Positions 39,362-46,891 of a DNA stretch of 64,000 nucleotides are shown in pieces. Positions within the stretch are counted from its first letter, which is position 1, and the number at the start of each line of letters is the position of its first letter. The notes beneath the pieces were generated by a model. That model was not told the origin of the DNA. It searched no databases and was given only the letters and a program-made list of their open reading frames with translations. This DNA comes from Candidatus Eiseniibacteriota bacterium (GTDB taxonomy: Bacteria > Eisenbacteria > RBG-16-71-46): the NCBI GenBank assembly GCA_031370785.1, contig JANMQY010000058.1, forward strand, positions 91,213 through 155,212, read 5' to 3'. The position numbers were made by a program, and so were the translations under genes.

Positions 39362-39904
39362 ATGAAGCGACCGCTCATCGCCGTGTTCGGCAGCAGCACG
39401 CTGGTCGAATCCGATTCCGCATACGTGTTGAGCCGCGCGCTCGGGCGCGAGCTGGCGCTGGCCGGCGCCGACGTGATGACCGGTGGATACGGCGGCGCGA
39501 TGGCGGCCTGCTCGCGCGGCTGCCGGGAGGGTGGGGGCCACGTGGTCGGCGTCACGGTCGAGTTGTTCGAAAAGCGCGGGCCCGCCAATCCCTGGGTTCT
39601 CGAGCGCGTCCATACCCCGGATCTGTTCGAGCGCCTGCGCACCATCGTGGATCGCGCCGACGGATTCGTCGCCGTGCCGGGCAGCATCGGCACGCTGACC
39701 GAGGTCTTCCTGGTCTGGACCCTGCTCAGCGTCGAGGGACGCGCGCCGGCGCCGCTGGTCCTGCTCGGCGCGCACTGGAACGCATGGCTGGAAGCCCATC
39801 GCCACCCCGACCTGGTGCGCCCCGATCTGTTCCGCTGGGTGCGCACCAGCGCAGACCCGGCCGAGGCCGCGAAGCTGGTCCTCGATCCGGTCGCCGCCCG
39901 ATGA
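39362..39904 (+). CDS. LOG/lysine-decarboxylase-like nucleotide-binding protein
   Basis: IAVFGSS, TGGYGGAM, PGSIGTLTE (PGGxGTxxE variant). Confidence 0.85.
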   Translation: MKRPLIAVFGSSTLVESDSAYVLSRALGRELALAGADVMTGGYGGAMAACSRGCREGGGHVVGVTVELFEKRGPANPWVLERVHTPDLFERLRTIVDRADGFVAVPGSIGTLTEVFLVWTLLSVEGRAPAPLVLLGAHWNAWLEAHRHPDLVRPDLFRWVRTSADPAEAAKLVLDPVAAR

Positions 39905-41091
39905 GCCCGGCCTCGACGTCGTCCGCTCACGATCCGCTGATCGACTGGCGCCGCGAGTTCCCGACCGCCGAATCCACCCTGCACTTCATCTCGCATTCGC
40001 TCGGCGCGATGCCGCGTACCGTGGACGCGGCGCTGGCGCACTACGCTCAGACCTGGAAGACGCGAGGCATCCGGGCATGGGAAGAGGAGTGGTTCCAGCT
40101 GCCGACCGAGGTGGGTGACGTTCTGGCTTCGATCCTCAATGCAGCCGCGGGGTCGGTCTCGATGTTCGAGAACGAGACCATGGCCCAGGCGGTGGCTCTG
40201 TCCGCGATCGATTTCAGCGGCTCCCGCAACCGGGTGGTGTGCACGGTCGAGGATTTCCCTTCGGAGCTGTATCTGTACGAGGGACTCGCGCGCCGGGGCG
40301 CTGAGATCGTGCGGGTGCGCTCGCGCAAGGGCCGGCGCATGGAGGAGGCGGACATTCTCGCCGCGATTGACGAGCGCACCGCGGTGGTCGCGATCTCGCA
40401 CACGCTGTTCCGGACCGCTCAGGTGCTCGATGCCGCTCCGATCGTCGCGTGTGCACGCGAGGCCGGCGCGTGGACCCTGCTGGATGCCTACCAGAGCGCC
40501 GGCACGGTCCCGGTCGACGCTGAGGCCATCGGCGCGGATTTCATCGCCGGAGGCTCGGTGAAATGGCTGTGCGGAGGTCCGGGTGCGGGCTGGCTCTACG
40601 CGAATCCGAAAACGACCGCCGCGCTCGAGCCCGCGATCACCGGCTGGATGGCGCACCAGAATCCATTCGCGTTCGACCCGGGCCCGATTCGCCGCGACCC
40701 GGGCCCGCGCCGGTTCTGGACCGGCACTCCGGCGGTGCCGGCGTTCATGGCCGCGCGCTGCGGATACGACGTGATCGCCCGCATCGGCGTGCCTCCGATC
40801 CGGACGAAGTCGCTGCGCCTCACCGGGCGCATGCTCGCGCTGGCCGACGAGTACGGCTTCGCGGTCAGCTCGGAGAGAGACTCGGGGAAGCGCGGCGGCA
40901 CGGTATGCCTCGACGTTCCGCATGCCGAAGCGGTGTGCGCCGACCTGCTGGCGAGCGACGTGCTGCTCGACTACCGGCCCGGAGTCGGGCTGCGACTTGC
41001 GCCACATTTCTACACCCGGGACGACGAAGTGGACGAGGTGATGCGCCGGGTGCGCGAGTCGGTGCGGCGCCACGAGAGCGCGGGGCGCTGA
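39901..41091 (+). CDS. kynU: Kynureninase (PLP, class V fold)
   Basis: HSLGAMP, W..RG..AW, DFPS, DAYQSAG, GGSVKWLCGGPG, GW. ATGA overlap with the LOG gene. Confidence 0.78.
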   Translation: MSPASTSSAHDPLIDWRREFPTAESTLHFISHSLGAMPRTVDAALAHYAQTWKTRGIRAWEEEWFQLPTEVGDVLASILNAAAGSVSMFENETMAQAVALSAIDFSGSRNRVVCTVEDFPSELYLYEGLARRGAEIVRVRSRKGRRMEEADILAAIDERTAVVAISHTLFRTAQVLDAAPIVACAREAGAWTLLDAYQSAGTVPVDAEAIGADFIAGGSVKWLCGGPGAGWLYANPKTTAALEPAITGWMAHQNPFAFDPGPIRRDPGPRRFWTGTPAVPAFMAARCGYDVIARIGVPPIRTKSLRLTGRMLALADEYGFAVSSERDSGKRGGTVCLDVPHAEAVCADLLASDVLLDYRPGVGLRLAPHFYTRDDEVDEVMRRVRESVRRHESAGR

Positions 41092-41097
41092 GCGGCC

Positions 41098-41514
41098 ATG
41101 TTCCTCGTTCTGCTGGCGCTCACGCTTGGGGTCTCCCTGCTCACCGCGGGCCTGGTGGTCCTGCTCTTCCGTCGCCCGATCGGACAGATCCTCGATCGCA
41201 TCGTCGGCGAATCCATCGCCGGCGCGTGGCAGCGCTATCTGGTGTTCGCGCTGTTCGTGGTCGGAGTGTCGGCGGGCGCGCAGATCTGGAAGCTCGAGCA
41301 GTACGTGCACCCCGAGCAGGTCGGCCCTAACGGCGCCGTGCGCACGCTCACCCTCGACACCGCTTCGCTCGCGCTCGAGGTGTACCGCACGATCATCCAG
41401 GTGCTGCAGGGCATGGCCTGGGCGCTGCTCGTGTTCTTCGCGGTCGCGCTGATCGCGTTCGCGGTCGTGCGCCGCGCCGAGACTCGCAACGCCCCGCCGG
41501 CGGCAAGGGACTGA
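41098..41514 (+). CDS. Hypothetical membrane protein (3 predicted TM segments)
   Basis: 138-aa ORF with strong GC3 codon bias and hydrophobic segments, 6 bp after kynU. Confidence 0.72.
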   Translation: MFLVLLALTLGVSLLTAGLVVLLFRRPIGQILDRIVGESIAGAWQRYLVFALFVVGVSAGAQIWKLEQYVHPEQVGPNGAVRTLTLDTASLALEVYRTIIQVLQGMAWALLVFFAVALIAFAVVRRAETRNAPPAARD

Positions 41515-41684
41515 CCGCGTCCCGCTCTGCGCCGGGCCAGATTCTTGCCGCAGCCCGGCGGCTTCCACAAACTCTCCGACCACAACGATCTCTCGGTGAA
41601 GCCGGCGATGGCCGGCTGCAACCGGCTGTCGAATGAACGCTTGAGCGTGCGGACAGAAGACGGCGGTCTCGCGCGTCGAGCCGG

Positions 41685-41700
41685 TGGCAGGCTTGATGCG
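41685..41700 (+). promoter_or_regulatory. Putative sigma54 (-24/-12) promoter
   Basis: TGGCAGGCTTGATGCG, with GG and GC in exact RpoN spacing, 75 bp before small ORF 1. Confidence 0.6.
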
Positions 41701-41774
41701 ACATGCGCTCTTGAGGCTCGCCCGGTCGGGCAATGTCCGGATGACGTCTTCGTGACGGCGAACCAGCGGAGGAT

Positions 41775-42026
41775 ATGGTGGAGAGCAGGTACGCGGTCTC
41801 ATGGGAGCGCGCGAATGGCGAGAAAGTCGCCATCGAGAGGATGGCGCACGTCGAGCTCGAAGTGGCGCTGCATCTTCTCGAACGCGACGTGTCGACCGAC
41901 CCGGTCGCTGATGCGCTGCGCGACGCGATCTCTCAGGAGCTGATGCGACGCCAGGCGCGGATCATCGCGCTCCCGCTGCCTCCGCCGCGGGCCGATGAGG
42001 GCGATGGAGAGCGCCGCGCAGCCTGA
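41775..42026 (+). CDS. Small hypothetical protein, paralog 1
   Basis: GGAGGA RBS (true start may be GTG 41778). Clear similarity to 42392-42640. Followed by a terminator. Confidence 0.75.
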   Translation: MVESRYAVSWERANGEKVAIERMAHVELEVALHLLERDVSTDPVADALRDAISQELMRRQARIIALPLPPPRADEGDGERRAA

Positions 42027-42050
42027 GATCTCGCATTCCGCGCCTTCCGC

Positions 42051-42082
42051 GCCGCGCCACGACCCAGGTGACGCGGCTTTTT
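42051..42082 (+). terminator. Rho-independent terminator
   Basis: GCCGCGCCAC/GTGACGCGGC stem (one mismatch) followed by T5. Confidence 0.65.
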
Positions 42083-42256
42083 CATGGCCGGGCCCGGGCA
42101 ACGGCCGGCCGAAGATCGACCGGACGACGCCGCGGGCGGTGACTGCCCGATGCAGAGAGCAGCTCCCGTAAGTTGCGAGGTACCGGACAGAACTCGCATG
42201 CGGTCAATCGGTTTGCCACACGCCTTCGCGACGAGTCCGCGCGTCCACCGGGCCTT

Positions 42257-42272
42257 TGGCAAGGAAGATGCG
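42257..42272 (+). promoter_or_regulatory. Putative sigma54 (-24/-12) promoter
   Basis: TGGCAAGGAAGATGCG, with the same spacing and the same TGGCA...GATGCG as the 41685 site. Confidence 0.6.
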
Positions 42273-42391
42273 ATGCACTTCGCCCGGAGTTGCCCGGGTG
42301 AACGCAGGGAGAAACGCGCTTCCGCCTGCTCGAGCGACCCGCACGCCGGAGATTCGGCCCCGAAACACAACATGTAGCTGGAGGATCAGCC

Positions 42392-42640
42392 ATGGTCAGC
42401 AGGTATCCGGTGCAGTGGACGCGGGCCGACGGCTCGTGCATTCCCATCGAGCTTCTGAATTTCCCCGAGCTGGTCGCGGCGCATCAGGTCCTCGAAGCCG
42501 AGAACATGGATGACCCGACGTCGCTCGTGCTGCTGGACGCAATCGAATCCGAGCTGATCCTGCGCTGGACGCAGAAGACCCGCGGCGCGCAGGAATCCGA
42601 GACCTATGTCCCGAAGAACTTCCTGAATCGGGCAGCCTGA
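42392..42640 (+). CDS. Small hypothetical protein, paralog 2
   Basis: GGAGGA RBS 6 nt upstream. Similar to 41775-42026. CGCCTCG/CGAGGCG inverted repeat downstream. Confidence 0.78.
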   Translation: MVSRYPVQWTRADGSCIPIELLNFPELVAAHQVLEAENMDDPTSLVLLDAIESELILRWTQKTRGAQESETYVPKNFLNRAA

Positions 42641-42941
42641 CGCCTCGCCGCTCCTTCCCTCTAGTTTCCGGGGAACCGAAGCGAAGACGAGGCGAAGTTC
42701 TCCTGAAGCCCAGCGACTTCAGGAAGCGGCGGCGGTGTCAGACGCATGGATGCGTCCGGCGCCGCCGTTCGCATGACCCCCGCAATCTGATATGTTGCGG
42801 GCGTGATGCGATCCGCTCCGGCCCACGCCGAAGACGGCACTCGCGCTCTCAACGAACGTACAGCGACGCGTCTCTCGAGCGGCGCCGTCCCGGCACCTCA
42901 TGGAAGCGCGCGGCGTCCGACGCCGGGCGGGGGAGAGTTCT

Positions 42942-43742
42942 ATGGAAACGGCGCAGGAGATGCAGGCGCGACCGCTCGGAATCGTGCGCGAGCCCAAGCT
43001 CCACCTGGTCGGGCGCCAGGCCCTCGATCCCGCCGCGATCGACGCGTTCTTGGGCGATCACGGCGTCACCTGGACCACCGATACCGAGGTCGGCGGCGAA
43101 GCCCTGGCCGAGATGGCCGGGCGGGTGTGCTACATGTCCTACGGCAAGGGACGCCGGACCAATCGCGAGTTCATCGAGCACATCGTCGAGGTGGGTCACG
43201 GCTCGGTCCTGGAGCACGCGGTCTGGAGCTTCGTCATCACCGGCGTGTCCCGCTCTTTCACCCATGAGCTGATCCGCCACCGGCACTTCTCTTACTCGCA
43301 GCTCTCGCAGCGCTACGTGGACGAGTCCAGGTCGGACTTCGTCGAGCCCGACGTGATCGCCGACGACCCCGAGCTGCACGCGGTGTGGTGCGAAGCGGTG
43401 AACGCGACCCGCGCCGCCTACGACCGGCTGGTGGCGGGGCTCGAGAAGCACTTTACCGAGGTGCCCGAGAAGACCCTGCGCCGCAAGCTCGCTCGTCAGG
43501 CGGCGCGCTCGGTGCTGCCCAATGCGACCGAGACCAAGATCTTCATGACCGGCAATGCGCGCGCGCTGCGCCACTTCATCGAGTTGCGCGGAAGCGAGCA
43601 CGCCGACGTCGAGATCCGCAAGGTCGCGGTGGAGATGCTGCGCATCCTGCAGCACGAGGCGCCCGGAATCTTCGGCGACTACACGCTGGTGCCGCTCGCG
43701 GACGGCAGCCAGGCCACTCACACCGGACATCCCAAGGTGTGA
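42942..43742 (+). CDS. thyX: Flavin-dependent thymidylate synthase
   Basis: GHGSVLEH, SRSFTHELIRHRHFSYSQLSQRY, ARSVLPN, N.R.LRHF...R....A..EIR. Confidence 0.95.
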   Translation: METAQEMQARPLGIVREPKLHLVGRQALDPAAIDAFLGDHGVTWTTDTEVGGEALAEMAGRVCYMSYGKGRRTNREFIEHIVEVGHGSVLEHAVWSFVITGVSRSFTHELIRHRHFSYSQLSQRYVDESRSDFVEPDVIADDPELHAVWCEAVNATRAAYDRLVAGLEKHFTEVPEKTLRRKLARQAARSVLPNATETKIFMTGNARALRHFIELRGSEHADVEIRKVAVEMLRILQHEAPGIFGDYTLVPLADGSQATHTGHPKV

Positions 43743-43755
43743 CGGGACGGAGCTC

Positions 43756-44574
43756 ATGAGCAGAGAGAAGCTCACCCGACGGCCGGTCACGCGCGTGACC
43801 GGCCGTTCGCGTGAGCGGGTCGAGGACGCGGTCGCGGTCGAGGGCGCGCTCGAGATGCGCGTGGAGGGCAGGGCGCTGGCGGTCACGCTGCGCACGCCGG
43901 GCGAGGACGAGGAGCTGGTGCGGGGCTTTCTTGCCTCGGAGGGACTGATCCGCTCCTCCGCCGACCTGGCAGCGCTCGAACTGGTGAGCGCCGACTGCAC
44001 CGATCAGCCCGATCTCGCGAACGTACGGCTCGCTCCCGGTGTGTCGCTCGACTGGTCGAAGCTCGAGCGGCACTTCGCCGCGACCGCCGCATGCGGGCTG
44101 TGCGGCCGCGCGCATCTCGAATCGCTGCGCGCCGGGCTCACGCCGGTTGCGAGCGGGGCACGCTTCGCGCCTGAGGCCCTGCTCGGGCTGCCGGATCGGC
44201 TGCGCGCCGCTCAGGAGACTTTTCAGGCGACTGGCGGACTGCACGCGGCGGCGTGGTGCGAGGGAAAAGACCTCGAGGTGCGAGTCGTGCGCGAGGACGT
44301 CGGCCGCCACAATGCGGTGGACAAGATCGCCGGATGGCTCATCGAGCGGGACCGCTATCCGGCGAGCGGCGGCGCGCTGTGGGTGAGCGGGCGCGCGGGC
44401 GCCGAGATCGTGCTCAAGGCGGCGCGAGCCCGGTTTCCGGTGCTGGCCGCGGTCGGCGCGCCGAGCTCGCTGGCGGTGGATCTCGCCGAGGCGGCGGGAA
44501 TGACCCTGATCGGATTCCTGCGCGAGGGCAGAATGAACGTGTACACGGGAGTGGAGCGGGTCGAAGGAGCCTAG
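43756..44574 (+). CDS. fdhD: Formate dehydrogenase accessory sulfurtransferase
   Basis: RTPG, CGLCG, F..TGGLHAA, EDVGRHNAVDK, SGR, APSSLA, GFLR. Confidence 0.92.
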   Translation: MSREKLTRRPVTRVTGRSRERVEDAVAVEGALEMRVEGRALAVTLRTPGEDEELVRGFLASEGLIRSSADLAALELVSADCTDQPDLANVRLAPGVSLDWSKLERHFAATAACGLCGRAHLESLRAGLTPVASGARFAPEALLGLPDRLRAAQETFQATGGLHAAAWCEGKDLEVRVVREDVGRHNAVDKIAGWLIERDRYPASGGALWVSGRAGAEIVLKAARARFPVLAAVGAPSSLAVDLAEAAGMTLIGFLREGRMNVYTGVERVEGA

Positions 44575-45920
44575 TGACCCGCGCGCCCAGGGTGGCCGGT
44601 CTGATCGTCGCCAGTCCCGGCGGAGGCGTGCGCCCTGGGCCGCGCGTTCCACAGCGCGAGCATCAGCACCCCGCCGAGTGCGGCAAAGCCGATCATGCTC
44701 GGCGCCCAGGCATCCCAGCCGAAGCGGTCGAGCAGCCAGCCCATGCCGAAGCCGGTGAGCGAGCCCCCGATGTACTGCATCCCGTCGAACATTCCCGCCG
44801 CACTGGCGGCGGCGCGCTTGCCGCCGAAGTCCATCGAGGCGGTGCCGGAGAGCATCGAGTGCACCATCGAGATCGCCATCGAGTTGACCGCGAACGCGGT
44901 GATCAGCATGGGCAGCGAGGGGTGGTGCCAGATCACCCACAGGCACGCCGAGATGAGCACGTACCCGATGAACGCCACCGGCGGGCGGCGTGAGCCGAAC
45001 ACCCAGTCCGAGAGCGTTCCGGCGACGAAGGCGCCGAGGATTCCGGCGAGCACGACCGCGAGCGCGCCGGTCTTGAAGATCGGATTGTCGAGCTTCAGGC
45101 CCTGCGCCTCCTGCATGTAGCGCGGGAACCACTCTTCGAATCCCTTGCGCACGAGGCCGGTGCAGAACTCGGCCGCCGCGATCGTGATCGCGATCGGATT
45201 TGTGAACACCTTGCGCGCGACGTAGCCGAGCGTGACCTTCTCGGTGTCGCCGCTGGTCGCATCCTGCGGGTCGAAATCGGCGAGTCCCGCATCGGACGGC
45301 GAATCGCGCACGACCAGGAAGGTCATGACCGCCATCACCGCCACCGCGATCGCTGGCAGGAAGAACCTCCATTGCCACGGCAGCGCCACGACGAACGACG
45401 CGGTGAGCAGCGCGAATACGGCGGCGCGCCCGCTCTGGATCATGGAGCCGAAGATCGCCGAGAAAACACCGCGTTCGCTGACGTGAAACCAGCCGGCGTT
45501 TACCTTGATGAGCGCGAGCGCGCTGTACGACTGGAAGTACATGTTCAGCGTCCACACCGTCGCGAAGTATCCGAGCAGCAGCGGGCCGGTGCCGAGGAAC
45601 CCGAGGTAGGCGCCCAGCCCGAACATCACGTTGAACACGAACGCGCCGCACGCGCCGATCAGCATGGCGCGGCGCCCGCCGAATCGATCGGCGATCGGAC
45701 CGTTGAACAGGGCGGAGATGCCGTAGATCAACGTCGCGGTCGAGATGATCGCGCCGATCTGGGTCTTGCTCCAGCCGTAGGTGTCCGACAGCGACTTGTT
45801 CGCGAACGAGAAGTTGTACCGCGCCATGTACATCGCGGCGTAGGTCAGGCCGAGCACCAGCCAGTTCTGGGTGCGGCGCAGGTGAAACGCGGGACTGTGG
45901 TCGGGACGGGCCAGGGCCAT
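44571..45920 (-). CDS. MFS transporter, organophosphate:Pi antiporter (GlpT/UhpT)-like
   Basis: YAAMYMARYNF, G..ADRFGGRR, WF...ERG, GTLSDW.F..RR. About 12 TM segments. Confidence 0.85.
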   Translation of the reverse strand: MALARPDHSPAFHLRRTQNWLVLGLTYAAMYMARYNFSFANKSLSDTYGWSKTQIGAIISTATLIYGISALFNGPIADRFGGRRAMLIGACGAFVFNVMFGLGAYLGFLGTGPLLLGYFATVWTLNMYFQSYSALALIKVNAGWFHVSERGVFSAIFGSMIQSGRAAVFALLTASFVVALPWQWRFFLPAIAVAVMAVMTFLVVRDSPSDAGLADFDPQDATSGDTEKVTLGYVARKVFTNPIAITIAAAEFCTGLVRKGFEEWFPRYMQEAQGLKLDNPIFKTGALAVVLAGILGAFVAGTLSDWVFGSRRPPVAFIGYVLISACLWVIWHHPSLPMLITAFAVNSMAISMVHSMLSGTASMDFGGKRAAASAAGMFDGMQYIGGSLTGFGMGWLLDRFGWDAWAPSMIGFAALGGVLMLALWNARPRAHASAGTGDDQTGHPGRAGH

Positions 45921-46113
45921 GCGCTCTCCTCGTCAGGTGCGAACCGAAGCCATCCGGCAGGGGGGCAGCGTGAACCCGAGCTTCTTACCCCGTGAACCCT
46001 GCGGGGTCAAGGATGTAGCATGCGGGCCTCGTCTCGCGACGCCCGATCCTCCCCCACGTCGTGACGACCGCTGCCCGCGGTCGCTCCCGGTGCGGGTCCC
46101 CGCGAGGCCGCGC

Positions 46114-46881
46114 TCAGGCTCCGAGGCGCTCCCGGAGCACACGCGCCCGTGCCCGGCTCACCGGCACCTCGCTGCGCGCTGCGTCGCGCATCTGCAGCCG
46201 CCACGTGCCCGCGAAGCCCGGGCGCAGGGCTGCCGCCCAGTCCAGGTTCGCGATCGCTGCCCGGTGCACGCGCACGAAGCGCGCGGGGTCGAGGCGCTTC
46301 TCCAACTGGTCGAGGGTGAAGTGCACGTAGTGCCGGTTACCCTCGACCGCGGCGAACACCAGCTTTTCCTCGGCGCCGAACCACAGCACCTCGTCGATCT
46401 TGAGGATCAGCTGCTTCGCGCCGAGGCGCACGGTCAGGCGCTCGAGGTGAGGCGAGCGTCCGGCGTCGAGTCCGCCGAGCAGCGCGGCCAGCCGGCGCGA
46501 CAGCTCCTCCGGGCGGGCCAGGTCGGTGCGCGCGCGCTCGACCGCCTCGGTGAGGCGCTCGCGACGGTAGGGCTTGAGCAGGTAGTCGACCGCGTTCTCT
46601 TCGAACGCGCGCACCGCGTAGTGATCGTAGGCGGTGACGAACACCACCGCCGGGCGGGGGATAAGACTCTCGAGCAGCGCGAAGCCGTCCTCGCCCGGCA
46701 TCTGGATGTCGAGCAGCAGCAGGTGCGGATGCGTGGTGGCGACCACTCGGCGCGCCTCTTCGGCCGAGCCGGCTTCGCCGGCCACCGTCACCCCGGGCAG
46801 GTCGATGAGCAGTCGGCGGGCGCGGGCCCGCGCCAGCGGCTCATCGTCCACGATCACCAGCCGAAGCTCGTTTCCACTCAT
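46114..46881 (-). CDS. LytTR family response regulator
   Basis: VDDEPLAR, LLDIQMP, FVTAYD.YA..AF...AVDYLLKP, F.RVHR..I.N, VSR. Confidence 0.94.
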   Translation of the reverse strand: MSGNELRLVIVDDEPLARARARRLLIDLPGVTVAGEAGSAEEARRVVATTHPHLLLLDIQMPGEDGFALLESLIPRPAVVFVTAYDHYAVRAFEENAVDYLLKPYRRERLTEAVERARTDLARPEELSRRLAALLGGLDAGRSPHLERLTVRLGAKQLILKIDEVLWFGAEEKLVFAAVEGNRHYVHFTLDQLEKRLDPARFVRVHRAAIANLDWAAALRPGFAGTWRLQMRDAARSEVPVSRARARVLRERLGA

Positions 46882-46891
46882 CCGCGCAGCA

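Noticed and set aside
41545..42513. Other small ORFs in the intergenic zone (41545-41943, 42084-42377, 42256-42513)
   Set aside because: No RBS or coding-like composition. They overlap the promoters and the better-supported paralogous genes.
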